From NCBI GenBank assembly GCA_030648265.1, contig JAUSHX010000028.1, forward strand, positions 249 through 64,248: DNA of 64,000 bases, read 5' to 3'. Below the pieces are notes generated by a model. It saw nothing but the letters and a program-made list of their open reading frames with translations, searched no databases and was not told where the DNA came from. This DNA comes from a bacterium. Its GTDB lineage: Bacteria > Patescibacteriota > Minisyncoccia > Phycocordibacterales > UBA2100. Shown here one piece after another: positions 20,272 through 28,130 of this stretch (the stretch's first letter is position 1; each line of letters opens with the position of its first letter). The translations under genes were made by a program, and so were the position numbers.

Positions 20272-20979
20272 ATGGACGGAGGAGCTTCATTCAGCACGGT
20301 ATTTTCAAATATATTCTGGTTTATCGGCGAGGTCGCGTTCAAACTCGTGCCGGCTACTGTCGCCACGATTACCGGGGCTGAAAGTTCAGGCACTGGTCCG
20401 ATTTCGGCGGGATTTACTCCCATCACACAACCAGTGACCGCTGGCAGCATAGTTTCTTTTTTGGAGCAGATATCTTCACCGGAGGAATTCAGCTCTTTTG
20501 TTCACCGGTGGGATGTATTCGTCGCGATTTCAATGACCATCTGCCTCATTCTGGCAACGGGCATCATCTACTGTGTCATCCGCATCAGGCAGGTTAGGCA
20601 TCTTGAGCGCATGAAATTCCAGGCCGCGGAACATTCTGTCACTGCAGAAGATGTGCCGCGCACGCAATTGCGCTGGAGCAAAGTTCTTGAGCAGGTGAAT
20701 TCCGATTCCGAACAACACTGGCGTCTCGCCATCCTTGAAGCGGATATCATGCTGAATGAATTACTGGATCTTAGAGGCTACAAGGGAGACACCATGGCTG
20801 ATAAAATGAAACAAGTTGAGCGGGCGGATTTCAACTCAATTGATGAGGCGTGGGAGGCGCATAAAGTTCGTAATCTAATTGCGCACGAAGGTGCATCCTA
20901 CCAAATCAACAATCGCGAAGCCCGCCGGATTATCAGTTTGTACGAAAAAGTATTCAGGGAGTGCAAAGTCATTGAATAA
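20272..20979 (+). CDS. hypothetical membrane protein
   Basis: One central TM segment. The C-terminal domain ends ..AWEAHKVRNLIAHEG. The ORF track opens at GTG 20227. Confidence 0.45.
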   Translation: MDGGASFSTVFSNIFWFIGEVAFKLVPATVATITGAESSGTGPISAGFTPITQPVTAGSIVSFLEQISSPEEFSSFVHRWDVFVAISMTICLILATGIIYCVIRIRQVRHLERMKFQAAEHSVTAEDVPRTQLRWSKVLEQVNSDSEQHWRLAILEADIMLNELLDLRGYKGDTMADKMKQVERADFNSIDEAWEAHKVRNLIAHEGASYQINNREARRIISLYEKVFRECKVIE

Positions 20980-21104
20980 TCTGCCTTGAGATTTTATCGC
21001 GTCGTTTTTCCCGCGCATAGCCACGTGACAAAATGACGCCAACGCAAGCGCTACTTTGTTTTTACGTGGTTGCGAGAGTTGGAAATTTGCAGTATATTCA
21101 CGCG

Positions 21105-21179
21105 AGCGGGGTGGAGCAGTAGTAGCTCGCAAGGCTCATAACCTTGAGGTCGCAGGTGCAATTCCTGTCCCCGCAACCA
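21105..21179 (+). tRNA. initiator tRNA-Met (CAT), CCA encoded
   Basis: AGCGGGGTGGAGCAG...GGCTCATAACC...CCCCGCAACCA. There is a 1:72 mismatch and three G-C pairs in the anticodon stem, as in bacterial tRNA-fMet. Confidence 0.85.
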
Positions 21180-21188
21180 CGTAAAACG

Positions 21189-21213
21189 AAAACCCCGCCA
21201 TTGGCGGGGTTTT
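21189..21213 (+). terminator. rho-independent terminator after tRNA-fMet
   Basis: AAAACCCCGCC-ATTG-GCGGGGTTTT. Confidence 0.7.
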
Positions 21214-21327
21214 CGTCACGTGGCTTGCGCCAGCAGGACATGTGTGAGCGAAGCGATTTACGTGGTTGAGCCGCGTGGTGAACGGAGTGAGCTTTACGCG
21301 GCAACTTATTCACGTAAGAATGTGTAC

Positions 21328-21591
21328 ATGTACCATGTTTACCTTTTAGAAAACCAAGACGACAAAAGTTGGTATATCGGCTACAGCGCCAATCTCAAAC
21401 AACGAATCGAGCGGCATCAAAAGGGTGATGGCGCTCGCACAACAAGTAGAAAGGAAAACTGGGATTTGATTTACTATGAAGCCTACAAAAACGAACAAGA
21501 TGCAAAAGGACGCGAGCGCTTCCTTAAAAGCGGGTCTGGCAGAAAGTTCCTAAAAAAACAGCTCGCACACTATTTGGTTAGTGAATTGTGA
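21328..21591 (+). CDS. stand-alone GIY-YIG nuclease (YhbQ/UPF0213-like)
   Basis: MYHVYLLEN..SWYIGYSANLKQRIERH..LIYYEAY..RERFLKSGSG. Confidence 0.75.
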   Translation: MYHVYLLENQDDKSWYIGYSANLKQRIERHQKGDGARTTSRKENWDLIYYEAYKNEQDAKGRERFLKSGSGRKFLKKQLAHYLVSEL

Positions 21592-21843
21592 CGCCATTTC
21601 CTGCCCCTGCAACACGGTTGTGACGCCAGGGAACCACATTCCCACAGGCGTCGAAAGTGCAAGAAGTCGGTACGGTACCGACTCCCATGGTCGGCTATAA
21701 AAGCGCATGAAACCACGCGAGTGGTTTTTGCGCATGCAATGTTCTCAACGTATTTTTGGTGCAATTCCAATTCTCGTGCAAATCAGTGATGTGTGTTGAA
21801 ATCGTGAAAATAGGCGTATTTCCTAAGTAATTCACGATTATGC

Positions 21844-21871
21844 TTGACTAAATCGTGAAAATCAATATACT
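21844..21871 (+). promoter_or_regulatory. sigma70-like promoter of fic with repeated AAATCGTGAAAAT boxes
   Basis: TTGACT-16 nt-TATACT. The box lies in the spacer (21850-21862), again at 21799-21811, and inverted at 21829-21840. Confidence 0.45.
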
Positions 21872-21898
21872 TTAGCGGACACAGAGAACAAATCGTAT

Positions 21899-22771
21899 AT
21901 GACAAAGACTCCTCAAACACTCAGCCAGATTAAATTGCTCCGCGAGCGCTACTATAAGGCGCTGCCGGGCAAAGAGTTGCTCATCAAGATTATCAATGAG
22001 TCGGAAATTCCCGAGCACGTTTATAATTCAAACGCTATAGAAAATAGCACGCTCACCCTAGAGGAGACCGAAAAAATTCTCCTCCAGATTGATCTTGGCC
22101 GATATGTAAACGAGCGGGAAATTTTTGAAGCGAGGAATCTCGCGCGCGTTGTTGAATATATAGAAACGAAAGCAAAAGAAGCCGAGCTCTCTTTGTCCGG
22201 CATATGCCTGCTTCATAAAATGCTTATTGCCAATATCCGCGACGATGTCGCCGGCAGGTTCCGTCAGACTGGCGAGTGGGTGCGCGTCGGCGCACACATG
22301 GGAGCAGACCCGAAAGACATTGAGCATCTTCTGACAAAAATGCTCACGACATACCACGCAAGCTCGCACGAGCATATTGTGAAGCGCATTGCCTGTCTTC
22401 ATCTCGCCATTGAACACATTCATCCATTTGTTGACGGCAACGGGCGAATCGGCCGCGTCATTAACAACTATGCACTCATTAGGGAGGGGTACGTGCCGAT
22501 TAATATCGCGTTCGTGAATCGCGCCCGCTATTATGATGCGTTCAAAGAGTCTGATGCGAGCGGCGCAACCTCGATTATGGAAGAGGTCGTTGGCCGTGCG
22601 CTTGCCACGAGCTACCACAAGCGCTTGGCATATCTTGAAGGCAAACACATCATCACTCTTGCCGAGTATGGCAAACAAAAAAAACTTTCTCACTCAAATC
22701 TCATTAACAAAGCTCACCGCCAGACCATCCCTGCCTTTCTTGAGAAAGGTGTATGGAAAATCGGAGTGTAG
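21899..22771 (+). CDS. Fic/DOC family protein
   Basis: Fic motif HPFVDGNGRIGR. Confidence 0.85.
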   Translation: MTKTPQTLSQIKLLRERYYKALPGKELLIKIINESEIPEHVYNSNAIENSTLTLEETEKILLQIDLGRYVNEREIFEARNLARVVEYIETKAKEAELSLSGICLLHKMLIANIRDDVAGRFRQTGEWVRVGAHMGADPKDIEHLLTKMLTTYHASSHEHIVKRIACLHLAIEHIHPFVDGNGRIGRVINNYALIREGYVPINIAFVNRARYYDAFKESDASGATSIMEEVVGRALATSYHKRLAYLEGKHIITLAEYGKQKKLSHSNLINKAHRQTIPAFLEKGVWKIGV

Positions 22772-23014
22772 TATTCGTGTAGTAAATACCCTCATAAACC
22801 CTTGCGTTCATCATATAAGCTTGTAGTTAGCTGTTAATCTACAAGCACAAGGAATGACGCAACCCCCGCTGTGAGCCCCGAGGCGAGCAGAGCGAGCTTT
22901 TCGGGGTGAGTCCAGACCTGTTCCGACGCCCCTAGTTGATAAGAAAATCCTTTAAAATAGAGCACGTAATATCGGCAGTATCAAAAAATTAAGATTTGTG
23001 GGATGATTTGATTG

Positions 23015-23677
23015 ATGAAGATTAAAGCACTTCCTGCGCACGAGAGGCCGCGAGAAAAACTCATGGAGAAAGGTGCGGAGAATCTGACCGATGTTGAGTT
23101 ACTCGCAATTCTTTTGCGCACTGGTCGCGCAGGAAAGAGCGCGCTTGATATTGCGGAAAGTATTCTCACAAAGTACTCAAAGAAAAGAATATTAGATATT
23201 ACGTTAGCCGACCTTAGAGCGATCAAAGGCATTGATGCGGGCAAGGCATGCACCTTGCTTGCGGCATTTGAGTTCACAAAACGTGCGACGGGCGCGCATA
23301 AAAATGGAAGGCCAATTATACAAAGCACTGAAGACGCACTGGCACAACTGCATGATGTTCGCTCGCATAAAAAAGAGCATTTCGTTGCGCTTTACTTAAA
23401 TGCTCGCAACGAGCTTGTGCATCGCGAAGATATTTCAGTTGGAACAGTAAACGCAAGCATCGTACATCCGCGCGATGTATTTGCCCCTGCGCTTGAGCAT
23501 AATGCTACGGTCGTCATAGTCGCTCACAATCACCCCTCCGGCAGTCCTGACCCATCGCCAGAAGATTACGATGTTACTGCTCGCCTTAAAGACGCGGGGA
23601 AGCTTATCGGGGTCCAGCTTCTCTACCACCTTATCCTCACCAAAGACGGTCATGCGACGATTCATCAGAACCCGTAA
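23015..23677 (+). CDS. radC: RadC-like JAB/MPN domain protein
   Basis: HNHPSGSPDPSPED JAMM motif and an N-terminal HhH region. Confidence 0.8.
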   Translation: MKIKALPAHERPREKLMEKGAENLTDVELLAILLRTGRAGKSALDIAESILTKYSKKRILDITLADLRAIKGIDAGKACTLLAAFEFTKRATGAHKNGRPIIQSTEDALAQLHDVRSHKKEHFVALYLNARNELVHREDISVGTVNASIVHPRDVFAPALEHNATVVIVAHNHPSGSPDPSPEDYDVTARLKDAGKLIGVQLLYHLILTKDGHATIHQNP

Positions 23678-23880
23678 TGCTAACTTTGTTTAGTTTCACT
23701 CCTCGAATGTGAAAAAACTAGGCTAGTTTGTTTAATGAGAAGCCCGCAATTATCACCCACTCAATTACTTAAGAATTGGTTAAATATCACTTAAGTTTAA
23801 GTAATCTGCATATTTGGGCTAGGAATTTCCACATGCAGTATTGACAAGTATTTCACATATGATACACTATTGTCATAGTT

Positions 23881-24501
23881 ATGAAAAGCGCTAAGAATCT
23901 ACTCGAGCAGCTCAAATCCTTGCCTTATTTCACCAAGGAGTCTGTTTTGCAGCTTAGCAGACCGTACGGCCTTGCAAAAACAACGGTTGACACATACATC
24001 AGCCGCTCCATGAAGCGCAAAGACATCCTTTCGCTAAGGAGGGGGCTATATGTATCTGCCGACTTTTACAACAAGAACAAGAGTGACACCTCGTATCTTT
24101 TCTTCCTTGCAAATGTTATCCGCAAGCCTTCCTATGTAAGTTCGTGGGCGGCGTTGCAGTACTATGGTCTTGCGACGGAAGCAATCCACACCATTACGTC
24201 CGTTACTTCCAAGGTGACGCGTACATACGTTACAAAGGCAGGCAACTTTGTCTACTCGTCGATAAAGGACGAACTATTTTCTGATTCAGTCTTGATAAAA
24301 GGAAAGTTCGACTTCTTTATCGCCACTCCGGCAAAGGCTTTGTTTGACCTGTTGTATGCTAAGACTCGTCAGTTTCAGGGAGTTGCGTTCGAGCATATTC
24401 CAAGACTCGTCGAAGAGCTACGCATCGATATTGATGAAATGGACAAATCAGAAAGAGAGAAATTTTATATGATGGTAAAGAAATATACGCACCATGGATA
24501 A
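23881..24501 (+). CDS. AbiEi-like antitoxin / transcriptional regulator
   Basis: wHTH-type N-terminus, SYVSSWAALQYYGL motif, 8-nt overlap with the downstream NTase gene. Confidence 0.5.
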   Translation: MKSAKNLLEQLKSLPYFTKESVLQLSRPYGLAKTTVDTYISRSMKRKDILSLRRGLYVSADFYNKNKSDTSYLFFLANVIRKPSYVSSWAALQYYGLATEAIHTITSVTSKVTRTYVTKAGNFVYSSIKDELFSDSVLIKGKFDFFIATPAKALFDLLYAKTRQFQGVAFEHIPRLVEELRIDIDEMDKSEREKFYMMVKKYTHHG

Positions 24502-25780
24502 TCAGATTCTCAGCGTGCTTAAGCAGAGACTCCAGGAAGTTGTCGCGTTGGGCGTTGCCGATGCCGAAACACAGCGCAATGCACTGAAAGAGGAGCTTCA
24601 GTACTATGTACTCGATTTTATCTATCACCACCAGGAATACAAAAGATGGGTGATGTACGGCGGTTCCGCGTTGCGTATTTGTCACGGCTTGGACCGAATG
24701 TCTGTCGACCTTGACTTCGAGGTTGAACATCCCATTACTGATGCATTTCTCACAGACCTACAGAATGAAATCGGAGAGCATTTTTCAAGCGCTTACAATG
24801 TTGGTTCGGAATCGTTGACGGTAAAAACCAATCATGGCCGTGGACTAACGCTCCGCTTTATCATCGGCGACGAACTGGGGTTTGGCCACACATCCAATCA
24901 GGTACATGTGAAGATAGACCTCAATAATTTCATGGCCCCCAAGACGGTTATCGAGCGCCGGCCAATCAACCACAACCAGCTTTCATTCGTTATCGTGACC
25001 TACAATATGTCAGCGCTCATGGCGAGCAAGATTGCCGCCATATTCTTGTGCGGTCGGCGGGGTATCGGAGAAGCGGTGTATGAAGAGAAAGGCAGAGACA
25101 TCTACGATTTACTCTGGTACATGGGCAAGAAGACTGTGCCTGACCTTGATTATCTGAACGCAAAGAAAGTTGAAGAAGCTAAAGACATCCGCACGCTTTT
25201 CACTAAGCTCACGATACAGATGAACAAAGTGAACAATGAAAATCTGAAGCAGGATCTCACGCCGCTTTTCACCAACCAGGGATTCATCACTCACTGGCTT
25301 GAAAACTGGCGCGAGAGTTTTTTCCACTTCATGGATGCTTATAAGATTCGTACCGTAACAAAGCTTGAAGGTGTGCGGGTGTTTGAGGATTTCAACTCCG
25401 ACGTATTTTCATTTGTGTACGCATACTCCACGGCAGAGGGAGATTCGGTGCGGGTTGCGTACCTCATCAGTGACTACTGGATGGACTTCAAGGACGGCGA
25501 TATCCCGACGGTCATAGATAACTTTGTAGACGAGCATATCGAATTTGCCGCAAATGGCGTATCAAGTCGACCCGCATCACAGAAAAAGCTCAAACAGTAC
25601 GCAACTATGTTTTATGCTAAAACCGAAGCGTATTTCAAAAAGACCGGACGCATCATGATAGGCGATACTATCGCGACAAAGCTCATCCGCATGACTGCCG
25701 ATAAACTGAACCAGAAAGAGCAGATTGTGCTCAACAAATCCGCCTTGTTGTCATGCGAGCTTGACGACCTGCTAAGATAG
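24494..25780 (+). CDS. AbiEii/AbiGii-family nucleotidyltransferase toxin with long C-terminal extension
   Basis: GGSALRICHGLDRMSVDLDFEV NTase motif. At 428 aa it is longer than the size I recall as typical for this family. Confidence 0.6.
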   Translation: MDNQILSVLKQRLQEVVALGVADAETQRNALKEELQYYVLDFIYHHQEYKRWVMYGGSALRICHGLDRMSVDLDFEVEHPITDAFLTDLQNEIGEHFSSAYNVGSESLTVKTNHGRGLTLRFIIGDELGFGHTSNQVHVKIDLNNFMAPKTVIERRPINHNQLSFVIVTYNMSALMASKIAAIFLCGRRGIGEAVYEEKGRDIYDLLWYMGKKTVPDLDYLNAKKVEEAKDIRTLFTKLTIQMNKVNNENLKQDLTPLFTNQGFITHWLENWRESFFHFMDAYKIRTVTKLEGVRVFEDFNSDVFSFVYAYSTAEGDSVRVAYLISDYWMDFKDGDIPTVIDNFVDEHIEFAANGVSSRPASQKKLKQYATMFYAKTEAYFKKTGRIMIGDTIATKLIRMTADKLNQKEQIVLNKSALLSCELDDLLR

Positions 25781-25785
25781 AAGGT

Positions 25786-25887
25786 ATGCGCTACACACTT
25801 TTTGAACAACTGAAGAAGGTCTTGGAAAAGGACGAGCGATTGGTGGCCGAGGGGGAATTAAATCGAGCGACATTCTCACATTCTTGA
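25786..25887 (+). pseudogene. 33-codon ORF stub truncated by the first palindrome
   Basis: MRYTLFEQLKKVLEKDERLVAEGELNR.. then a stop inside hairpin 1. The resemblance to N-termini of some RM-type proteins comes from memory only. Confidence 0.25.
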
Positions 25888-26006
25888 GAATGTGAGAATG
25901 TCGTGGGAGGGGGAGAATCTATTCTAGTATTTTGCAAAATACTAGAATAGATTGGGAAGGGCGACGGGGCGGGTCATTTCAATGTTTTGCAAAACATTAG
26001 AATGAC
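25869..26006. repeat. array of three AT-rich palindromes separated by G-tracts
   Basis: Hairpin 1 at 25869-25902 (15-bp stem), hairpin 2 at 25916-25953 (perfect 38-nt palindrome), hairpin 3 at 25973-26006 (2 mismatches). The linkers include GGGAAGGGCGACGGGGCGGG. Confidence 0.85.
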
Positions 26007-26057
26007 GGGGGATAGAAAATAACGGGGGGGAGGGATAGGGAAAAAGGAACATTATTA

Positions 26058-26421
26058 CGCTTAATAATCGTTTGACACCTGTTTCTGTGCCTGTTGCCCG
26101 ACTACGCTGGAGCTCCGCTGGACCGTCTACAGGTGCCTATCATGACCGATAGGCCTGCGATTTGTATCCACGCTACGCGCGGACAAATCGGGAGCCTGAC
26201 ACCTGGTGTTTGTTTACGTCGAAACGGTACCGTCTACAGGCGAATTAACAAATTCGTGGCTCGGCCATAAACTTTGCTGACCGATAGACTCCATTTCGAC
26301 GCGATCTTTACTGGCGACGTAGAGCGAGTGTGATGCGGAAGCGCAGCTTCCGCATCACCGAGCCGAGGAGTCAGAAACCGTCAGCCGGTTTTCGCTTAAT
26401 AATCGCCTACCACCTGCTTCT
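26058..26421 (+). repeat. non-coding segment bounded by 29-nt imperfect direct repeats with internal repeated boxes
   Basis: CGCTTAATAATCG..ACCTG.TTCT occurs at 26058-26086 and 26393-26421. Inside, TGACACCTG, CCGTCTACAGG and TGACCGATAG each occur twice. Confidence 0.6.
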
Positions 26422-26478
26422 TTTGAGGAGTACAATGAGCCCTAACGTTTTTGAGTACTGAATTTATAAACGCAGAAT

Positions 26479-27072
26479 ATGAATCAAATTGTCTACATCT
26501 TAATAAATGAGTCTATGCCTGAATTTGTGAAGATAGGCTTTACTCATGGTGATGTAAACGAAAGAATCAGGCAGTTAGATCGGACAGGCGTACCTCTTCC
26601 GTTTGAAGTTTACTACGCTGCAACAGTGGAAGACGCAGAAAAAGAAGAAAAATGGTTGCATTCTATTTTTGCTGATCGTCGGGCACGGGATAGCCGAGAA
26701 TTTTTCAAGATGAATCCTGAATATGCGGCGCTTGCATTAAAACGAGTAGAAATTAGAGAAACTAAGATTTATAGCGTACTGACCCCAGAACAGGAAAAGG
26801 AAGTCGATCAAGTAAAAGAAAGACGCTCAAGATTTCATTTCGCACAGTACGGAATTCCAGTCGGATCTAAACTTACTTTTACGAGAGATTCGGATATTGT
26901 TGCCGAAGTAGTAGAAAACGACAAAATAAAGATTGGAGACAAGGTTGATTTTCTATCAAATGTGGCCCGTGATTTATTGGGATACAGGCGAAGACCTCAA
27001 GGCACTTTGTATTTTGAATTTGAGGGCGAGATCTTAGATGATAGACGCAGAAGAATGGAGGAAGAAGATTAG
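26479..27072 (+). CDS. T5orf172 / GIY-YIG-like domain protein
   Basis: VYILINESMPEFVKIGFT...ERIRQL...PLPFEVYY...EKWLHSIF...REFF pattern. Confidence 0.65.
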   Translation: MNQIVYILINESMPEFVKIGFTHGDVNERIRQLDRTGVPLPFEVYYAATVEDAEKEEKWLHSIFADRRARDSREFFKMNPEYAALALKRVEIRETKIYSVLTPEQEKEVDQVKERRSRFHFAQYGIPVGSKLTFTRDSDIVAEVVENDKIKIGDKVDFLSNVARDLLGYRRRPQGTLYFEFEGEILDDRRRRMEEED

Positions 27073-27173
27073 ACAGGAGGCGGCGGCGCGGCAGGTTTCC
27101 CGGAAATGAGGATTTGTGGGATGATGTTCTGGCGATGGTAAACAATGGACTGGATGTTGCAACAAGGATTCAG

Positions 27174-28055
27174 TTATCTGTAATAATTCAGTAGGACTTC
27201 GAGGGTCAGGTCTACGCCTCTTGTGCGGAGTTCTTTAATTACTTTTCCAGTGTAAAGCTTTTTAAGCATTTCACTTTTTGACGCATCTTCCGCATTGTGT
27301 ATTTTTCTGTGACAATTTGGACATAAAGGCACAATGTTTACTGGAACATCAATACTGTGCGGGAAGTCTTCCTGATTAGAGATGGGTATTATATGATGCA
27401 TTTCAACGTATTGCCCCTCGAGTGTGGGGCTAAAAAAGGTCTTGTGCGATGGATCATAAGTACAGAGGTTGCCAGATAAAATAAGTGCGAGTTTAGCTAT
27501 CCTTGGGTTGCCCCGATACCCAGTAGATGAATTTTTTGTCTGTTTTCTAGGCTTTGCGATTGGTCCCTCCGGCAATGGTTCAATCGGATCCGCGATGCGC
27601 ACTGCAGTCTGGAACATCTCATCAGTTGTGTCTATGACGGACTCCCCCCTTTCTATTGCGGAGATGATTCGCTGAGCCTCCTCAATGGTGACTGTGTCTG
27701 ACGCTGCAAGACCGGAGAGGTCTTTCAGCCTGTATTCGTGACCAGTGCCGTTAGGAGATTCGAATACACGATGTGCCAATCTGCCATCCCCCTGGTTAAG
27801 CTCACTCCGATATTGCGCTGTCCAGTTACTGCCGTGATGAAACTCGTGCCTCCAAAGTTCTGAAAAGGGGTTGGATCTGAAATTCTCGATAGGTAAGTAT
27901 TTCCCAGGTTTTGCGATGGACAATGCCGAAAGAATTATTGCAAATGAGAGGCGGGTGCTATCTTTATATTGGAAAACCTCGGCTAACTCACTGGCGGTCA
28001 TTTCAGAAATCATAGCTGTATAGTTATACACATCCGAAAATAAGTAAAGCACCAA
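27174..28055 (-). CDS. HNH endonuclease (candidate restriction nuclease)
   Basis: C-terminal YVEMHHIIPIS...NIVPLCPNCHRKIHN. Divergently transcribed from the methyltransferase fusion. Confidence 0.7.
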   Translation of the reverse strand: MVLYLFSDVYNYTAMISEMTASELAEVFQYKDSTRLSFAIILSALSIAKPGKYLPIENFRSNPFSELWRHEFHHGSNWTAQYRSELNQGDGRLAHRVFESPNGTGHEYRLKDLSGLAASDTVTIEEAQRIISAIERGESVIDTTDEMFQTAVRIADPIEPLPEGPIAKPRKQTKNSSTGYRGNPRIAKLALILSGNLCTYDPSHKTFFSPTLEGQYVEMHHIIPISNQEDFPHSIDVPVNIVPLCPNCHRKIHNAEDASKSEMLKKLYTGKVIKELRTRGVDLTLEVLLNYYR

Positions 28056-28130
28056 TCTTAGTGCATAATATGCATGTTACTGCTCGTATTGGTTGATTAA
28101 TTTACCACCTACACTCAATTGGTCGAATTC

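Noticed and set aside
25869-26006. Possible CRISPR array
   Set aside because: The three palindromes differ in sequence, spacing is irregular, there are no unique spacers of typical length, and no cas genes are present in the window.
26058-26421. Retron msr/msd or other RT-associated ncRNA
   Set aside because: No reverse transcriptase or other cognate protein gene is nearby. The structure alone is not diagnostic.
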